Positions 24,591 through 37,349 of a stretch of 64,000 bases of DNA are shown here, piece after piece. Origin of the DNA: Marsupella aquatica (Eukaryota > Plantae > Marchantiophyta). The notes under the pieces were generated by a model. The model saw only the letters and a program-made list of their open reading frames with translations, searched no databases and was not told the DNA's origin. The stretch is taken from the NCBI GenBank assembly GCA_973895155.1, contig OZ316896.1, forward strand, positions 5,345,303 through 5,409,302. Reading direction: 5' to 3'. The position numbers were made by a program, and so were the translations under genes. Numbering within the stretch: position 1 is the stretch's first letter; each line of letters opens with the position of its first letter.

Positions 24591-25538
24591 GCCATGATAG
24601 GAGTACATTGTTTTCAAGGACCAGGCTTTCAACGAGAATACATGTGATACCAACTAACTTTCATGCCTGCTAGTGGTCTTGCTTACAAGAGAAAGTAGTC
24701 AGGCAGCGAGTTCGTTGCAAGATTTTCCTACTCAATCGCTTATCGGTGCCTGTCAATGCAATCTGCTTAGTTGCTCCCTGATCACTTTTTCGCTGTCTTC
24801 CTTTCGTCGAGGGCGTGGGGGACGCAAACCTTGTGAGCTTTTCGGCTGATTAATGTTCGTTTATATTCCCAGTCGCACTGCAAAGATTTTGAATAAACAA
24901 AGGCTTCCAAATCTTCTTCTCCCAAATTTAGAATCGAAACAAATGTGGTGGTGTCCATGCCCTTCACAACCAATTTATTGCATTGTGCGAATTGGGCACT
25001 AGAATTGAGTCGTTTCATTCACTGCATTCCACCCTGACAAAGGGGGACCGAACGAAATTCTCACAGAAAGTGTTCGGGTACCCAATTTCATCGGGCTTGT
25101 GTTAGCAACATTGAGTGATCGCAAAATCGCAAAATGAATGTAAAGATTTTCAGCAAGGTTGTCAGCTACGCTGAATGCATTGGAAAGATTGAGGCTATGT
25201 GCTTAAGACGCCATAGCCATGCAACATCGCCCCATTCTGGGCTGGGATTGGCAAATCTGCTAATGACGAACCACACAAGCAGTGGAATCCAATGCCTAAG
25301 ACGCCCACCAGTCCTCTTAAATGAGCCAAAGAGTTAGCCGCCACCAGTGCAATGCCATTGCGCCTCTGAGATCGAGTCTGCAGACTCCTACCATCTTGAT
25401 GTCCGCATCCCAATGTGCAATTCGTATCGAAGTGCCCTCCTCACTGGTAAACCTCACGCTTCAAGCTATCTAAGCCTTCACACAAAAGAAAACTACAGTA
25501 GTAGTGCCAGTGTAGCATGAGCGAGATCATGAAGGAAA

Positions 25539-26050
25539 GGTACTGTATTACCATAGTAGAGTGTAGGGTAACCCATGGTCTGGAGAGGGTTATGGAGTTT
25601 GATACCCTGGGGGCGGTGACCTGGAGGGGGTTACAAAGGTACTATATTACCAGAGTAGAGTGTCTGGTAACCCATGGTCTGGAGAGGGTTATGGAGGTGA
25701 TACCCTTGGGGCGGTGAGCTGGAGGGGTTTACAAAGGTACTATATTACCATAGTAGAAAGTAGGGTAACCCATGGTCTGAAGAGGGTTATGGAGTGTACT
25801 GTAGTACCCTGGGGGCGGTGAGCTCGTGGGGTTTACATCCATGGCCTTGTAACAGGCTATGGGTTAGCAACCAAAACCCCCTACTCTTTTTTAACATCAC
25901 CGCCCCACGGAGTTATAGCCATGGCGTCCAAACAGGCTATGGGTTAGCAACCAAAACCTCCGTGCTGTGTTTTTACATCACCGCCACATTGGTTGACAGC
26001 CATGGCCTCCCAACAGGCTATGGGTTAGAAGCCAAACTCCCATACTCTTT
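25539..26050. repeat. Two abutting arrays: 3 x ~99 bp followed by 3 x ~80 bp, sharing motifs in opposite orientation
   Basis: ggtacta/gtattacca...agggtaacccatggtctg units at 25539, 25638 and 25736, then aacaggctatgggttag units. ggggcggtga is mirrored by tcaccgcc(c). Confidence 0.88.
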
Positions 26051-26529
26051 TTTCACATAAATTTTGAAATTTTGAGAGGCCAGGGATGATAAGACTTGGA
26101 CCCCCCTGGCCAGCCTGGCAAGGGATTAACTAAGGCTGTGGACCTTTTCTGAAACTGTTAAAATAAATGAAAAAGGAGAGGGTATGTATGCCTAGAAGCC
26201 CAGCAAAAGAGTGCCCCGTCATGTTTTCTCAAATGGATAGGGTTCCATGGAGCAAAAACTGGTAGTTGGGGCCTGGCACTCCTAATCCCAGTGGTGGGAA
26301 CCATTAATACTTCATCCACTCCCAACAGCAGGATTCGGTTCCCCCAAATTGTTTCATCTAGTGTATATCTACATGTCTTGAATATGAAAGGTCTCAGACA
26401 ATGCTTCTGGTACACTCTAGGGTGGGTGGTCCCAGCATGCCATTTCCATGACTTGTTTGTGAGGCTATCTGTTCTACCTGAGGGCTCCAACACATAAGTG
26501 ACCCCAAAAAACCAGAGGGTGTGTTACTA

Positions 26530-26969
26530 AGGGCAAGGTTCCATGGGGTTGGGAGTGAGGAGTGCACATGTGTGTCAGCATGTTTGAGTCAATAAGATCA
26601 TAGCTTTTCCAGGGAGTGAGGAGTGTACAAATATGGTAGTAGGGAGTATGATTCTCCCTTGCAGTCCCTTTTAAAGTCTAAGGGCGCCCCTGCCCCTGTA
26701 TATTGACAGTACAATGCATTTTTTTCTTAATTGTTTTTCTTGCAATAAATACTTTACTCATATGAAAAGTAAACCCAATAAAAACTGGGAATAAAAAGGC
26801 CAGACCCAGAAAAGATCAAAGCATTCTCATTGATAGTGCATTCTCATTAGCTCTGAAGTCAAAACTCATACATATTACTGTGTACACCTTGGCATAAGGT
26901 GTATTTGGGCCCGGGGGTGTCAGAGGGAGTAATCATACTCCCTGCCCCTGGCCCATGGAACCTAGTCCT
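26530..26969. mobile_element. MITE-like element (~440 bp) with short TIRs and TA flanks
   Basis: agggcaaggttccatggg ... cccatggaacctagtcct with TA on both sides. The internal inverted pair is agggagtatgatt / aatcatactccct. Confidence 0.65.
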
Positions 26970-26975
26970 TAAAGT

Positions 26976-27116
26976 GCCACTGTCCATGACAAAACCCACC
27001 AGGTTTCACCATTTTTAGTATCCTTTTCTTTGAAACTGTGGAGCAAAGTCTCATGCTAGAGGAAAAAAATGTGAAAAAATGAAAAGTATTGGACACTTGT
27101 TTATATGGACAGTGGT
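26976..27116. mobile_element. Small inverted-repeat element abutting the previous MITE
   Basis: ccactgtccat ... atggacagtgg, an 11-bp perfect inverted repeat. The same end motif (ccactgtcca) occurs at ~32555. Confidence 0.45.
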
Positions 27117-27478
27117 GGTTTAAACAGGTACGAGCTCTATGGAAGGAGGAAGTCCATAGCTAGACCCCAGTTGGGGTCGGGGCACTACACCCCCGGGCCT
27201 TCCCATGGAACCCAGCTCTTATTGCCATTGCCCCTCACCCTTCATCCATGCTACAGTAGTGCAACCACCACCTGGGCAGATGAAAGAACGAACATTGCAC
27301 GAGAGGAAACGAAGGAATGTACTGAGGTTTAGCGTACACTACATTACATTATTAGGGAAGAGAAATCAGCAAAGCTTCGAGGCTTTGCACTCGGCCAAGA
27401 AGAGCAGAGGGGAGCAGGGCAGTGGTTGCGACTCTTTCATCGCTTCGTAGAAGCATTTGTTGCGGTTGTTTTTTGGAG

Positions 27479-30400
27479 ATGGAGATGGACGCGGTTTCGA
27501 CTGCTATCGCCAATGCCACGGCTACAGCCAAGGTGAGAATCTCGATCGGCGCCCACAGCGAGTTCTCTCTGAGAGATTTCAGGACTGTCCGGTGCCGTCC
27601 CCCCCCCTTTTTTTTTCCCATTTCAGCTGGTTTTCCGGTGTTCGTATGGACTGTTGTAGATGTGGTCATGCAAGAGAAGCTTTCTGTGGTCTGCGCGAGA
27701 AAAACGCTTGATCTAGAATGTGCGGCGTTGTCATTTGTTGGAGTCTAGGGTTTTTTACAACATGCGATATGTGTTTTGCTACCTTTCTGCAATCTGTGTT
27801 GGGCCGTAAGTACTGTATCATAGAAATTTGTTTTACTAGTGTTGTTGTTAGACTTTGAACGGTGTCCTTGATAGCGAAATTGACATGCCTTGGAAGCTTC
27901 AGAGGTAGAACTCTGTGTATGTCTGTCGAGATTGTGGTGGAGGTGTCCACATTGAATGAGGACTACTTCACTTGAGAATTGACGACCTCAAAGCCAATGG
28001 GTGCATTGCATGTTAGTTGTTTTTTCTGTGGTTTCCGTCCCAAGAAGTGAGTGCAACTTGTGTGGTTTGGGTTGCTTTCGTTGTATTATGGCGTTTGGGT
28101 CGATAAATTTGCTGTTGGTCGGAGTTTCTGGCCTCTGCTTCTGGATTATGTCATTGCAATTATGCAGGACAGCGAATTAGGGTGTCAAGAGATACTTGTT
28201 TCGTATGGAACAAACCCTACTTTGTTACTTTTTTGCTTCACAGGAACAAACCCTAATTTATTACTTTTTTGCTTCACAGGAGGGAAAATTAGACTCGGCA
28301 ATCGAATCACTTCTGGAGATAGAGAAGCAATTCCGACTATCGGCCGATGTCGCCGGCACCAGAAAGGTGGTTGTGGCTATTATTCAATTATGCTATGACG
28401 CTCGTGCGTGGAAAACTCTCAACGAGCAGATTGTTCTCCTCTCGAAGCGTCGGGCTCAGCTGAAACAAGTGCGTACTCTTTCGAAGCCATGCCATCATTT
28501 TTCAGAAACCTAGTCTTTCATGCCACGTAACAAGTCTCGCAGTACGGGGTCATCGGAGTATGTGGAAGCGTTCTATCCGGCAAGATTTCTTAGTCCTCGT
28601 CCTTTCAAAAGTCAGCCTCGCACCGATCTAGGAGCATATTGTAGCTTGTAACTTTCATCAATGAGATGTCTGATGATAGTCGTCGACCTCCGGGCAGAGT
28701 AGCACGGTCTCGGTGGGCTGGGCAACGGTGCCACCGTTATTGTTGGGCTACTCGAAAGTTTGGCCCACAGCCATGATTCTGGTACTAGACTTAGCATGGA
28801 CAACGGGGAGAAGTCTTCTCTCTCATTTTTCTTTTGGGTTATTGTTTAGAAGGAGTTGCTCTGGATTTGCATTACTCTAAAGTGGTTTCCTAGTTCTGTT
28901 TTGCAGGCAGTTACAGCAATGGTACAACATGCCATGACTTACATCGATGACGCTCCAGATCAGGATACCCGTGTTGAACTTATAAAGACTCTGAACGCTG
29001 TCACGGTCGGAAAAGTACGTGGATCAACAGCTGTACCTTGTTCTGCTTGTCGTTGACCTTCTACTGTTAACGCCACACCTGCAAGATTTCTTTTGTCTGG
29101 CGATGAAATTCACTTCGTATCAAGTCTTTATGTTAGCTGTTAACTTGTGTCACGACACCAGATTTATGTAGAAATTGAGAGGGCGCGGTTGATCAAAAAG
29201 TTGGCCAAGATTAAGGAGGAGCAAGGTCTTGTGGCTGAAGCCGCTGACCTCATGCAAGAAGTTCCGGTACGTGAGCTGCTTGTGTATCGTGGTTTAATTC
29301 TAAGCTCTTATACAAAAACTTCAGGCGTAATTTGTTGAATTTGTTTTGTCCAATAGGTTGTGTCTTCCCTCTATAGTTTTAGGTGGAGTTATGCTAAGTT
29401 CTCTTTCGACACAGCAGGTGGAATTTGATGACATTTAATGTTTTGTCCATTGTGTTCTGTCTTCCCTGTGTTGATGTAGGTGGAGACATTTGGAGCCATG
29501 TCTAAAACCGAGAAGATCGCCTTCATTCTTGAACAGGTAGGTATTCTACTTGCACTGGGTATCTCAGGATCTAGAACCTCGCACTGTTTCCATGCTCCCT
29601 GTCTCTTTCTTTCCATTCGCATTGCTCGAACTGGACTTTTGTTGGTTAGCTGAGCACCATTAGTTTGACGTCATTTGTATGTGGGTCTTTGGGTGACGAG
29701 GGCTGCATATGCTGACTCACATAGATGTGCCCTCTCATTGGATTTGCCAGGTTCGACTCTGTTTGGACCGCAAAGATTTTATGCGGGCACAGATTCTATC
29801 AAGAAAGATCAGCACACGAGCATTCGTTGTTGAAACGGGCAAGGATAAGAAAAAACCAAAAGAGGGAGATAATGTGGTGGTGGAGCCCCCACCAGATGTA
29901 CCTTCCCTACTTGAGCTTAAGCGCATCTATTATGATCTCATGATAAGGTACAGCCTGCTTCTACGCTAGAACAAGTTCCGTCATTTTGGTTGTGCGAAAG
30001 TATGTGGACAGATATAATTCCAGGTCCTGAACTGATGGTAGTACCCTAACCTTGGAGTGGTTGGCCAGAGTTTTAAAACTTCTTTCCAACTTTGGTGATA
30101 ACCTGAGACGCATGCTCCTGTGTCAAGTCGGTATTGGAGCTTTCGGATTTGTCTGTCTCTTGTTTCAGGAGCCCCAATGTGGTTTGGCTCTAATTTGTGT
30201 GCTTGGCTTTTTTACAGGTACCACTTGCATAATAATGATTACCTCGAGATTTGCCGCTGTTATCAGGCAATCTATGATACACCTTCTGTGAAGGAGGATC
30301 CTTCGAATTGGACTCCTGTAAGTCACTTCCCTTTCTACGGTGTTGCTGGAGAGCACATTATCCTCAATATTGGATATGTTAGTGAAGTTTTCGATACACT

Positions 30401-31762
30401 GGAATGTTGCTAACAGCTGGGCATCGGAGTCTTTAGCTCTGCATAACGTCTAACGCATACTTCTGATTTATTCAGGTCTTGAGAAAAATTTGTTGGTATC
30501 TGGTGCTGGCCCCATACGATAGTATGCAAGCAAGCTTGATGCACACCACGCTGGAGGACAAGAAGTTGTCAGAGCTCCCTAAATTTCGGTAGGACTTATA
30601 ATGCGTTTGTCGATCGACTGCTAAGTTAGATGAGAAGCTCTGAGATTTAACGTTGTAGATGTGAGGCCAGAAGTAAATACTTGCGCGTGGATTTAAGTGA
30701 ATTAAGCCTCTAGATGTGCACGTAGATTATACTACGATCACAGGTTTGATCTCGCAAATTTGGATACTTTCCCTCACTGCACTTTGCGTAGCTGCTTGTG
30801 TACTGGTAACTTTTGTTGATGGTCTGCCAGTTGATAGTTATTTTGTTCCTTGGATCAGCCTCTGACTGTTATCCTTAGTTCCTCTAGTCATTGAAATTGT
30901 TTCTGACGCACTAGTTTTATTTTTGCAGCGCATTATTGAAGGCTTTTGTTACTATGGAGGTTATTAGATGGCAACCTTTTTGGGAAGAATATCAGAGTTT
31001 ATTTCAGGACGAGGCTGGGCTACCTGGAGGCTCTCTAGGGGAGAAGGCCGCCGACGATCTTCGGCAACGCGTCATTGAGCATGTGCGTTCACAATAATTT
31101 GATTATCACGCTAAACTCTTTGACATAAATAGCATGTTCATTTTCTTAGCTAGGATGTTGTGAACGAGTTGTGCTGGCTTATCTCCTGTGATTTTCTTAT
31201 ACCACTCACGAAAGACTTTCGTTGTGGTTACACATAATCTGAGCTTAGCTCGCTTTTTGAGAGGGTGATTAAGTTGAAGGTGATGTCGGATGCAGAACAT
31301 TTTGGTGGTGTCAAAGTATTATGCAAGGATCACTTTACAGCGCCTCTCTGAACTTCTCAGTCTCTCTTTGACGGTAAACCTCGACACCTTCGTTTTTCAG
31401 GGATATGTATTATGTATGGACCATGAAGCTCTATGTTTAGTCCTAACTGCGTGGAATTTGTGCATATGTACGTATATTCAATTTTCAAAATAAGTTTTCT
31501 TGCTGTTTACCTGCTCTGTGTTGTGAAATGGTTTGTGCAGGAGACGGAGAAACATTTATCAGACATGGTCGTATCAAAGGCACTGATTGCAAAGGTGGAC
31601 AGGCCAGCAGGTGTTGTATCTTTCCAGAGTCAGAAGGACAGTAATGAAGTGTTGAATGCGTGGGCTGTAAGTATAGAGAAGTTGTTAGAGTTGGTTGAGA
31701 AAAGTTGTCACCAGATCCACAAAGAGACAATGGTACACAAAGTTACACTCAAGGTACAGTGA
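27479..31762 (+). CDS. RPN5: 26S proteasome lid subunit RPN5/PSMD12, 11 exons
   Basis: [18 protein letters not shown]|[20 protein letters not shown]...[10 protein letters not shown]|AVTAMVQ...|[10 protein letters not shown]...|[19 protein letters not shown]|[21 protein letters not shown]...|RVIEH|[14 protein letters not shown]...|[10 protein letters not shown]...CHQIHKE, a PCI-domain protein. Confidence 0.96.
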
Positions 31763-32594
31763 GGATCTCAAGCATTAAAAGCCCATTGTGTAGCCACCCT
31801 TGATTTGCCATAGTCGGGATTCTTGGATATCTTTTACTTGAAAGAGCCCGAGTTTCTTCTCAAATGAAAGGGATATTAGTATTTCAGGAAGATACTGTAA
31901 TAAAGATTGTCAAGTTCTTGCAAATGACAGATGGGGATGGCACTGCTCTGGTTACTGCTCTTCCTCATGTTCTTCACCTGACATATATATCAATGAGTTT
32001 TGTAGAGTAGCTTTCTATTACTGATCCTCGAGATTTCATAGGTTTTTTTTCTCTTCTCTTGAATGGTAAACATTGATTGGTGAGTAAATAGAACCATGGG
32101 ACACGGCGGCTTCCATTAAAGGAATGGCTCAAAGAGCCAGGCAAGGAGGCAGACGGAATAGAAGCAACGAGCAACAGTTCACCAAAGTAAGTCAATGTCA
32201 GCCGTGGTAAACCATAGAAGTGGGTGACTGCAAGACGTGTTTGAGACATCCGAACCTTAATGAGTGATGGGGTGCAGAACCCTAGAGACCGCCAAAGCAA
32301 AAAGGAAACATTAAAAGAATTTTACATGTTGATTTCAAGAGAATTCTAAACATCTTGACAAACTAGTGACTTTTGGGTGTATATATCATTATTAAAAAAT
32401 GAAAACAGGAGAATCATATTTCGGCCTTAAGTTATTTGTGGGATTAAAAAAACATTCGCTCAGGTCCTGCAAGAACCAGGATGCTACTACAGTATTGCAC
32501 TAATCTGACACTGAGCAATACCGCTTGTTCTTAGTGTTTTTAAAACCTTTTATACCACTGTCCAAGACGTCTCCATTTTCCATATTCCACTCAC

Positions 32595-32870
32595 TCCTCT
32601 CATCTACCATGCCGCTTTGTTACACAATTCCAGAAAAAAAGGTAGTAGAAATGGTGGATCCATGTTTTCTCTCAACCACCATGCCACTTTGTTCCACAAA
32701 TTCAGAAAAAGGTAGTAGTAATGGTTGGTGGATCCAGGTTTTCTCTCATCTACCGTGCCACTTTGTCCCATATCTACCGTGCCACTTTGTTCCATATCTA
32801 CCATGCCACTTTGTTCCACAATTTCAGAAAAAAGGTAGTAGTAATGGTGGATCCAGGTTTTGTTTTAGTG
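32595..32870. repeat. Tandem repeat (tctaccatgccactttgttccac...agaaaaaggtagtag...ggatccagg), related to the 38230-39095 array
   Basis: Three ~72-bp units plus 24-bp subrepeats. Confidence 0.85.
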
Positions 32871-33806
32871 ACGGTTGAAGGTCTAGGGCATGTAGCCCTG
32901 TGCCGACTTCACGTAACAAGCTCTAAGGATGGGTGGCAATCTCTCCCCCACCCAGTGTCTGTTTTTGGCGAGCGAGAGCAAATCAGTGCTGGGGTCGGGA
33001 AGATAGCATTTTTCAGTCATAGAGAACAAACAAAGGGATCATAGCCTTGCAGCCCTTAAATGTTTCCGAACCCCCTTTTTGGGCCACATTTCCAGGTCAC
33101 CAAATGACTATGGAATGGTTGCCACAAGGCATCTATGTCATCGGTGCTGTCGCATGTCGAGACCGCGTCCCTTCCCCACCCTCTAGCCTGCAGACTTGCA
33201 TGCTTGCTCGTGCATCGAGCACATATCCAAGTCCAAATGGCCAGTACTGATGTTATGAAGCCTCTCCACACTGAAGGCATCTCCTTTAATCACTGGAAAC
33301 ATTCGTTAATGTGGCACCTGACAACACCCACTGGCAATATTGTGTTTAGGCAATATTCTTGGAACATATGTCGTTCCAAACTACACTCACGTTCGCGAAT
33401 GGGACGTGCCCACTCCATCTTCAATACCCAAATTGAACAAGAGAGATGGGGCCGGAATTAATTAAAGATCGGTGTCGTGTGAACCAAGAACGAAAAACCG
33501 AGTCTTCTCCTTACATACTGCAAAATGCAAAGTTCGAGATAATTTTCGGCTTAGAAACTTTTGTAAAGTAAGGGAAGCAAAGCATAAATGGAGCTGCTCA
33601 AAATTTTAGCTGAAAAAAACAGTGAATGCACTCACAATCGCCCCTCTTTCTTCTCTGTTTCGTTTTTGGTTAAAAATCCGGGAGAGGCTTAACTTTACAA
33701 AAATCTTTGAGAACCTGAGTTCTCTAAACATGGACATTGCTCTGAAGTGCTTAGGAGCTTCGTACTGTATCAATCAGTTCTCCATACAAATTTCAATGCT
33801 TTTCCG

Positions 33807-35354
33807 TCAGCCGTGCAAATTTGCCCTGGGCTCATTCAGTCTTTCCCTTTCCACGACGAGGGCCAAATCCAGCTCCTCCTCGTCAAGCGAATCCCAGCCG
33901 TCATCCCAAACTCTATCTTCACCTTCTTGACCCCCGTCTTCCCAATGCTCACCCATTTCCAAGGCTCTGATTTCCGTTGCCAAAGCCTTGACACTTTTGG
34001 CTTGTTGTCTATCTTTCGGATACGTGAAATAAAGAAGGGTGAGGATCTTCATGCACACACTAAGTGGTGCAGAAACACAGGTAAACAGAGCTTTACTGAG
34101 CGCTTTAGCATTCGATACATCCTTCCCTATTGAGGCATCTGCTGAATCCAGCTTTCTAAAACCAAACAGATGTTCGGCCAAAAAGCCCACCAGGGGAGCC
34201 CCCGTAGCAGCCAAAGACTTCTCAAATGCGAGGTCCACAGCATAGACAGTGGTACGCAACTCCTCGGGAACAATTTCTGCAAAGATGGGACCACTTGTGG
34301 CGGGGAAAGTCCAAGCCATGAGAAAGCCCATGCAGAATATGGTAACTCCGTATAGCCAGAGGAACTCTGTGTCTTTTGGATATGCTAGCAGAAGAACTGC
34401 AGCCAAGGCAATTCCCATCGCCGCACTGAACTGCGCGCACAAAACTCGGCCTTTGTTTGGGAACCATCCAGCTGCCTTATCACCAATCCAGCCACCGAAA
34501 ACAGAACCTACAGCGCTGCCAACTGATAGCAATGCCACCATGAGCGCAGCTGCACTGTGACTGAACCCGATCAGTTCCATCCAGAGGGTGAGGAACACCA
34601 GTGCATTCCGTGGCATGCTTCCAACAACTCCTTGGGCGACAATAACCTGAAAAGTTTTCACTTTCAGAACAAGCTTAGCTCCTTGAAGAAATTCTTGCAC
34701 GCTTGAAGCGGCTCCATCCTTTTCTGTGGCCTTATGAGCATCAGCATCATCCCCAACAAGTGCATACCCGCGCTGAACACGAGGGTCATATGCAAGAGCC
34801 AAAACAGCAACACCCAAGAGCATACTGATGAAAGCCACAATCAGAAACGCTGCTCTCCAACCTGCAATCCCCATCACTTTGTGTGGGCCCATATGGGTTG
34901 CGAATACACCACCAAGTACAGTGCCTAATTGCCCTGCTCCAAGAAGCCACCCAAATGCCACACCACGCTTCTCATCCTTACTCATGTCAGCTACCAAGGA
35001 CATCAGTGCAGGACCCACTACCGCAAGACCTATTCCATTCACTGATCTCGCCAGAAGTGCCTGCCAGTAGGACGTTGAAATTGCCACAAAAGCAGTGGCG
35101 ATTGCCCAACATATCGCCCCAGCACCTATAATGTGGACACGATTATGGCTCAGCGCCCAATAAGCTGCAAAAGGTGCTCCCAGTGCTTGCACCAAAGATC
35201 TGATGAATGTCAGGGATCCCAGCGCCGCTAGCCCCGCACCGAAGTCACTGGACATCTCAGCGTACACGGCTGGCAACAACGCCTCGTCTACTCCCTCCAC
35301 CATTGCAGCCAGGTTCAAGAGTAGCACTGATGCGTGCCCCCCACACAAAACCAT
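33807..35354 (-). CDS. Major facilitator superfamily transporter (spinster/UNE2-like), single exon, ~515 aa
   Basis: Uninterrupted ORF with ~12 hydrophobic segments and family motifs NLAAM.E..DE.LLP, LGSLTFIRS, HNRVHIIG, RSVNGIGLA, RGVAFGWL, FQVIVAQGVVGSMP, GGWIGD and PIFAEIVP..RTTVYA.D.AFE. The first in-frame ATG is at 35354. Confidence 0.93.
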   Translation of the reverse strand: MVLCGGHASVLLLNLAAMVEGVDEALLPAVYAEMSSDFGAGLAALGSLTFIRSLVQALGAPFAAYWALSHNRVHIIGAGAICWAIATAFVAISTSYWQALLARSVNGIGLAVVGPALMSLVADMSKDEKRGVAFGWLLGAGQLGTVLGGVFATHMGPHKVMGIAGWRAAFLIVAFISMLLGVAVLALAYDPRVQRGYALVGDDADAHKATEKDGAASSVQEFLQGAKLVLKVKTFQVIVAQGVVGSMPRNALVFLTLWMELIGFSHSAAALMVALLSVGSAVGSVFGGWIGDKAAGWFPNKGRVLCAQFSAAMGIALAAVLLLAYPKDTEFLWLYGVTIFCMGFLMAWTFPATSGPIFAEIVPEELRTTVYAVDLAFEKSLAATGAPLVGFLAEHLFGFRKLDSADASIGKDVSNAKALSKALFTCVSAPLSVCMKILTLLYFTYPKDRQQAKSVKALATEIRALEMGEHWEDGGQEGEDRVWDDGWDSLDEEELDLALVVERERLNEPRANLHG

Positions 35355-35447
35355 GACTGCCACTCTTCTTCCTGTCTTAATTCTGTCAACTCTACTTCTA
35401 CAACTATCCTCAATTCAGATCTGACTATTCTGAAGCACGAACATTTT

Positions 35448-35975
35448 CAAATTTCCCAGCTAGGTCTAAGAAAATCTCCCGTACTTCTCCAAACCATTCT
35501 CATTGAGATCTGGCTCCTCCGAGGAACGGAAATTTACAAATCTCCCAGCTAAGTTCAAGAAAATCTACTGTACTTCTCCAACCATCCTCATTGAGATCTG
35601 GCTCCTCCTAGGCGCGGAAATTTAGAAATCTCCCAACGAGGTTCAAGAAAACATACCGTACTTCTCCAACCATCCTCAATGAGATCTGGCTCCTCCGAGA
35701 CAAGGAAATTCAGAAATCTCCCAGCTGGGTTCAGCAAATTCTACTGTCAGTACTTCTCCAACCATCCTCATTAACATCTCGCTCCTCCGAAAATTTAGAA
35801 TTCTCCCAGCTAGGTTCAAGAACATCTAAGGTACGTCTCCAACCATGCTCAACTCAGAGCCACGAGCAGAAGTGATCTGAATTCTACTCCGCCCAACCAT
35901 TCTTCCATTCAGAACACTCTGCAATTCTGATCTGGACCTCCGAGGTACCGCAATTCTCAAATCTCCCAGCCAGGT
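35448..35975. repeat. 5-6 x ~88-bp degenerate tandem repeat 5' of the MFS gene
   Basis: tctcccagctaggttcaag...tacttctccaaccatcctcattgagatctggctcctcc repeated. Confidence 0.9.
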
Positions 35976-37349
35976 GGGCTTGAGAAAACAATTGTCATCT
36001 CCCTGCAGCAAGAGACCCAACAAGAATCGTCGGTCTCTAAATTCTCCTACGATCGCACTCACCACATTGCTGCATTACATGGAAGCAGAGATCGCCGAGA
36101 GAAAGTGGTACAGCTCGTGCCGCTTCACCGAGCGACCAGAGCGCCGTGCTTTGCATGACACACGAAGAAATTCGACACCTGGATTGTAGTTTGCGTGATT
36201 CTTCTTTTCAACTCTTTCCTCTACAGCAAAAAATTTCTTCTTACGTAGAATAATAAAACGTAAAGCTTGGATGGACCACGCCCATGAACCTTGCAACCCG
36301 GATGGACCATGTTACTGCTGAGCAGGAAAGTGAGGAATTTTTTTCAAGGAGAAAAAGTGCTATCTTAGTACAAAACGTTTTTTTTTACTAAATTATAAAC
36401 CTTCTGTGGTCCATCTGGGTTGACTTGGTCTATCTGGGCATGTTGTCAAATGTTTCGCTCCATAGCAGCTTTGGTTTTCCATTTTCCCAACCTTTTTTGG
36501 GAAAGATATTATTTCAAGGAAAAACCCATCATTTTCCCCAATTTTTCATATTCAGGCTTTTTTCAGAAGTAGAAGCAATTTTCTTTTCATTTAACTAATA
36601 TAGTATACTAGTATAATCAAAAGCTACTCGGTGTAGTCTAGAGTGAAGCCTCTCAAAGTGACAAACTTTGTCATGTCATGTCACTGTTTGTCAAGAAAGA
36701 GTCACTAATCATACCTAGTTAAACAAGATTTGCAGATAGGTTCTGTTTCGATATCTTTTATAAAAACTGCCATTACAACAAACCTAACCATTGTTTCTAG
36801 GACGACAGATCTAGTGCCTCTAAAATTGTGGTAGGATAGAATATAATCGTATCACCCAAAGGCCAAAGTACAAAATGCTAGATCCAGGAGGCCAACAAAG
36901 GGGAGAAAACAAGGGAAAATCCAAGGAAGACCAAAGAGCCCATTACAAATCCAGCTGTTCGCCTACCACCCTTGCACAATTTGAAATCAAGGAATCACAT
37001 AATGATTGCGAAATCCTGGATCTGCAGGATGTGCCTCTGTATTAAAACAGCATGACCACCAGAATCAATTTCCAAGAGTTCCCCTGGGCTGTATTGTCTG
37101 TCCAAGCACCACAAGCATCTTCAACAAGCTGGGAAAGCTGTTAGATCTTGTGTTATTTTTTTGTTGGATTGGATTGAACAGGGCGCCTGCCTATGACAAT
37201 TACTTGTGTGGAGAGATTAGCTTATCCTCCAGTTTCTGTCATCTCTACCTTCTTTAGACATGGAGGGTTGTTGCACAATGGAGGACTCAAGCATACGCTA
37301 TTCTGCAAGGGGCATCTAGACAAAATCCTCTCCAGGACCCTCCTATGTG

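Noticed and set aside
20185-24632. Partial matches to miR319 (gaagggagct at ~20191, ttggactga at ~23742) and miR166 (ggaccaggctt at ~24618)
   Set aside because: Only 9-11 nt match and there is no long precursor hairpin.
32880-33460. Short ORFs between RPN5 and the MFS gene
   Set aside because: No family motif or splice structure recognised.
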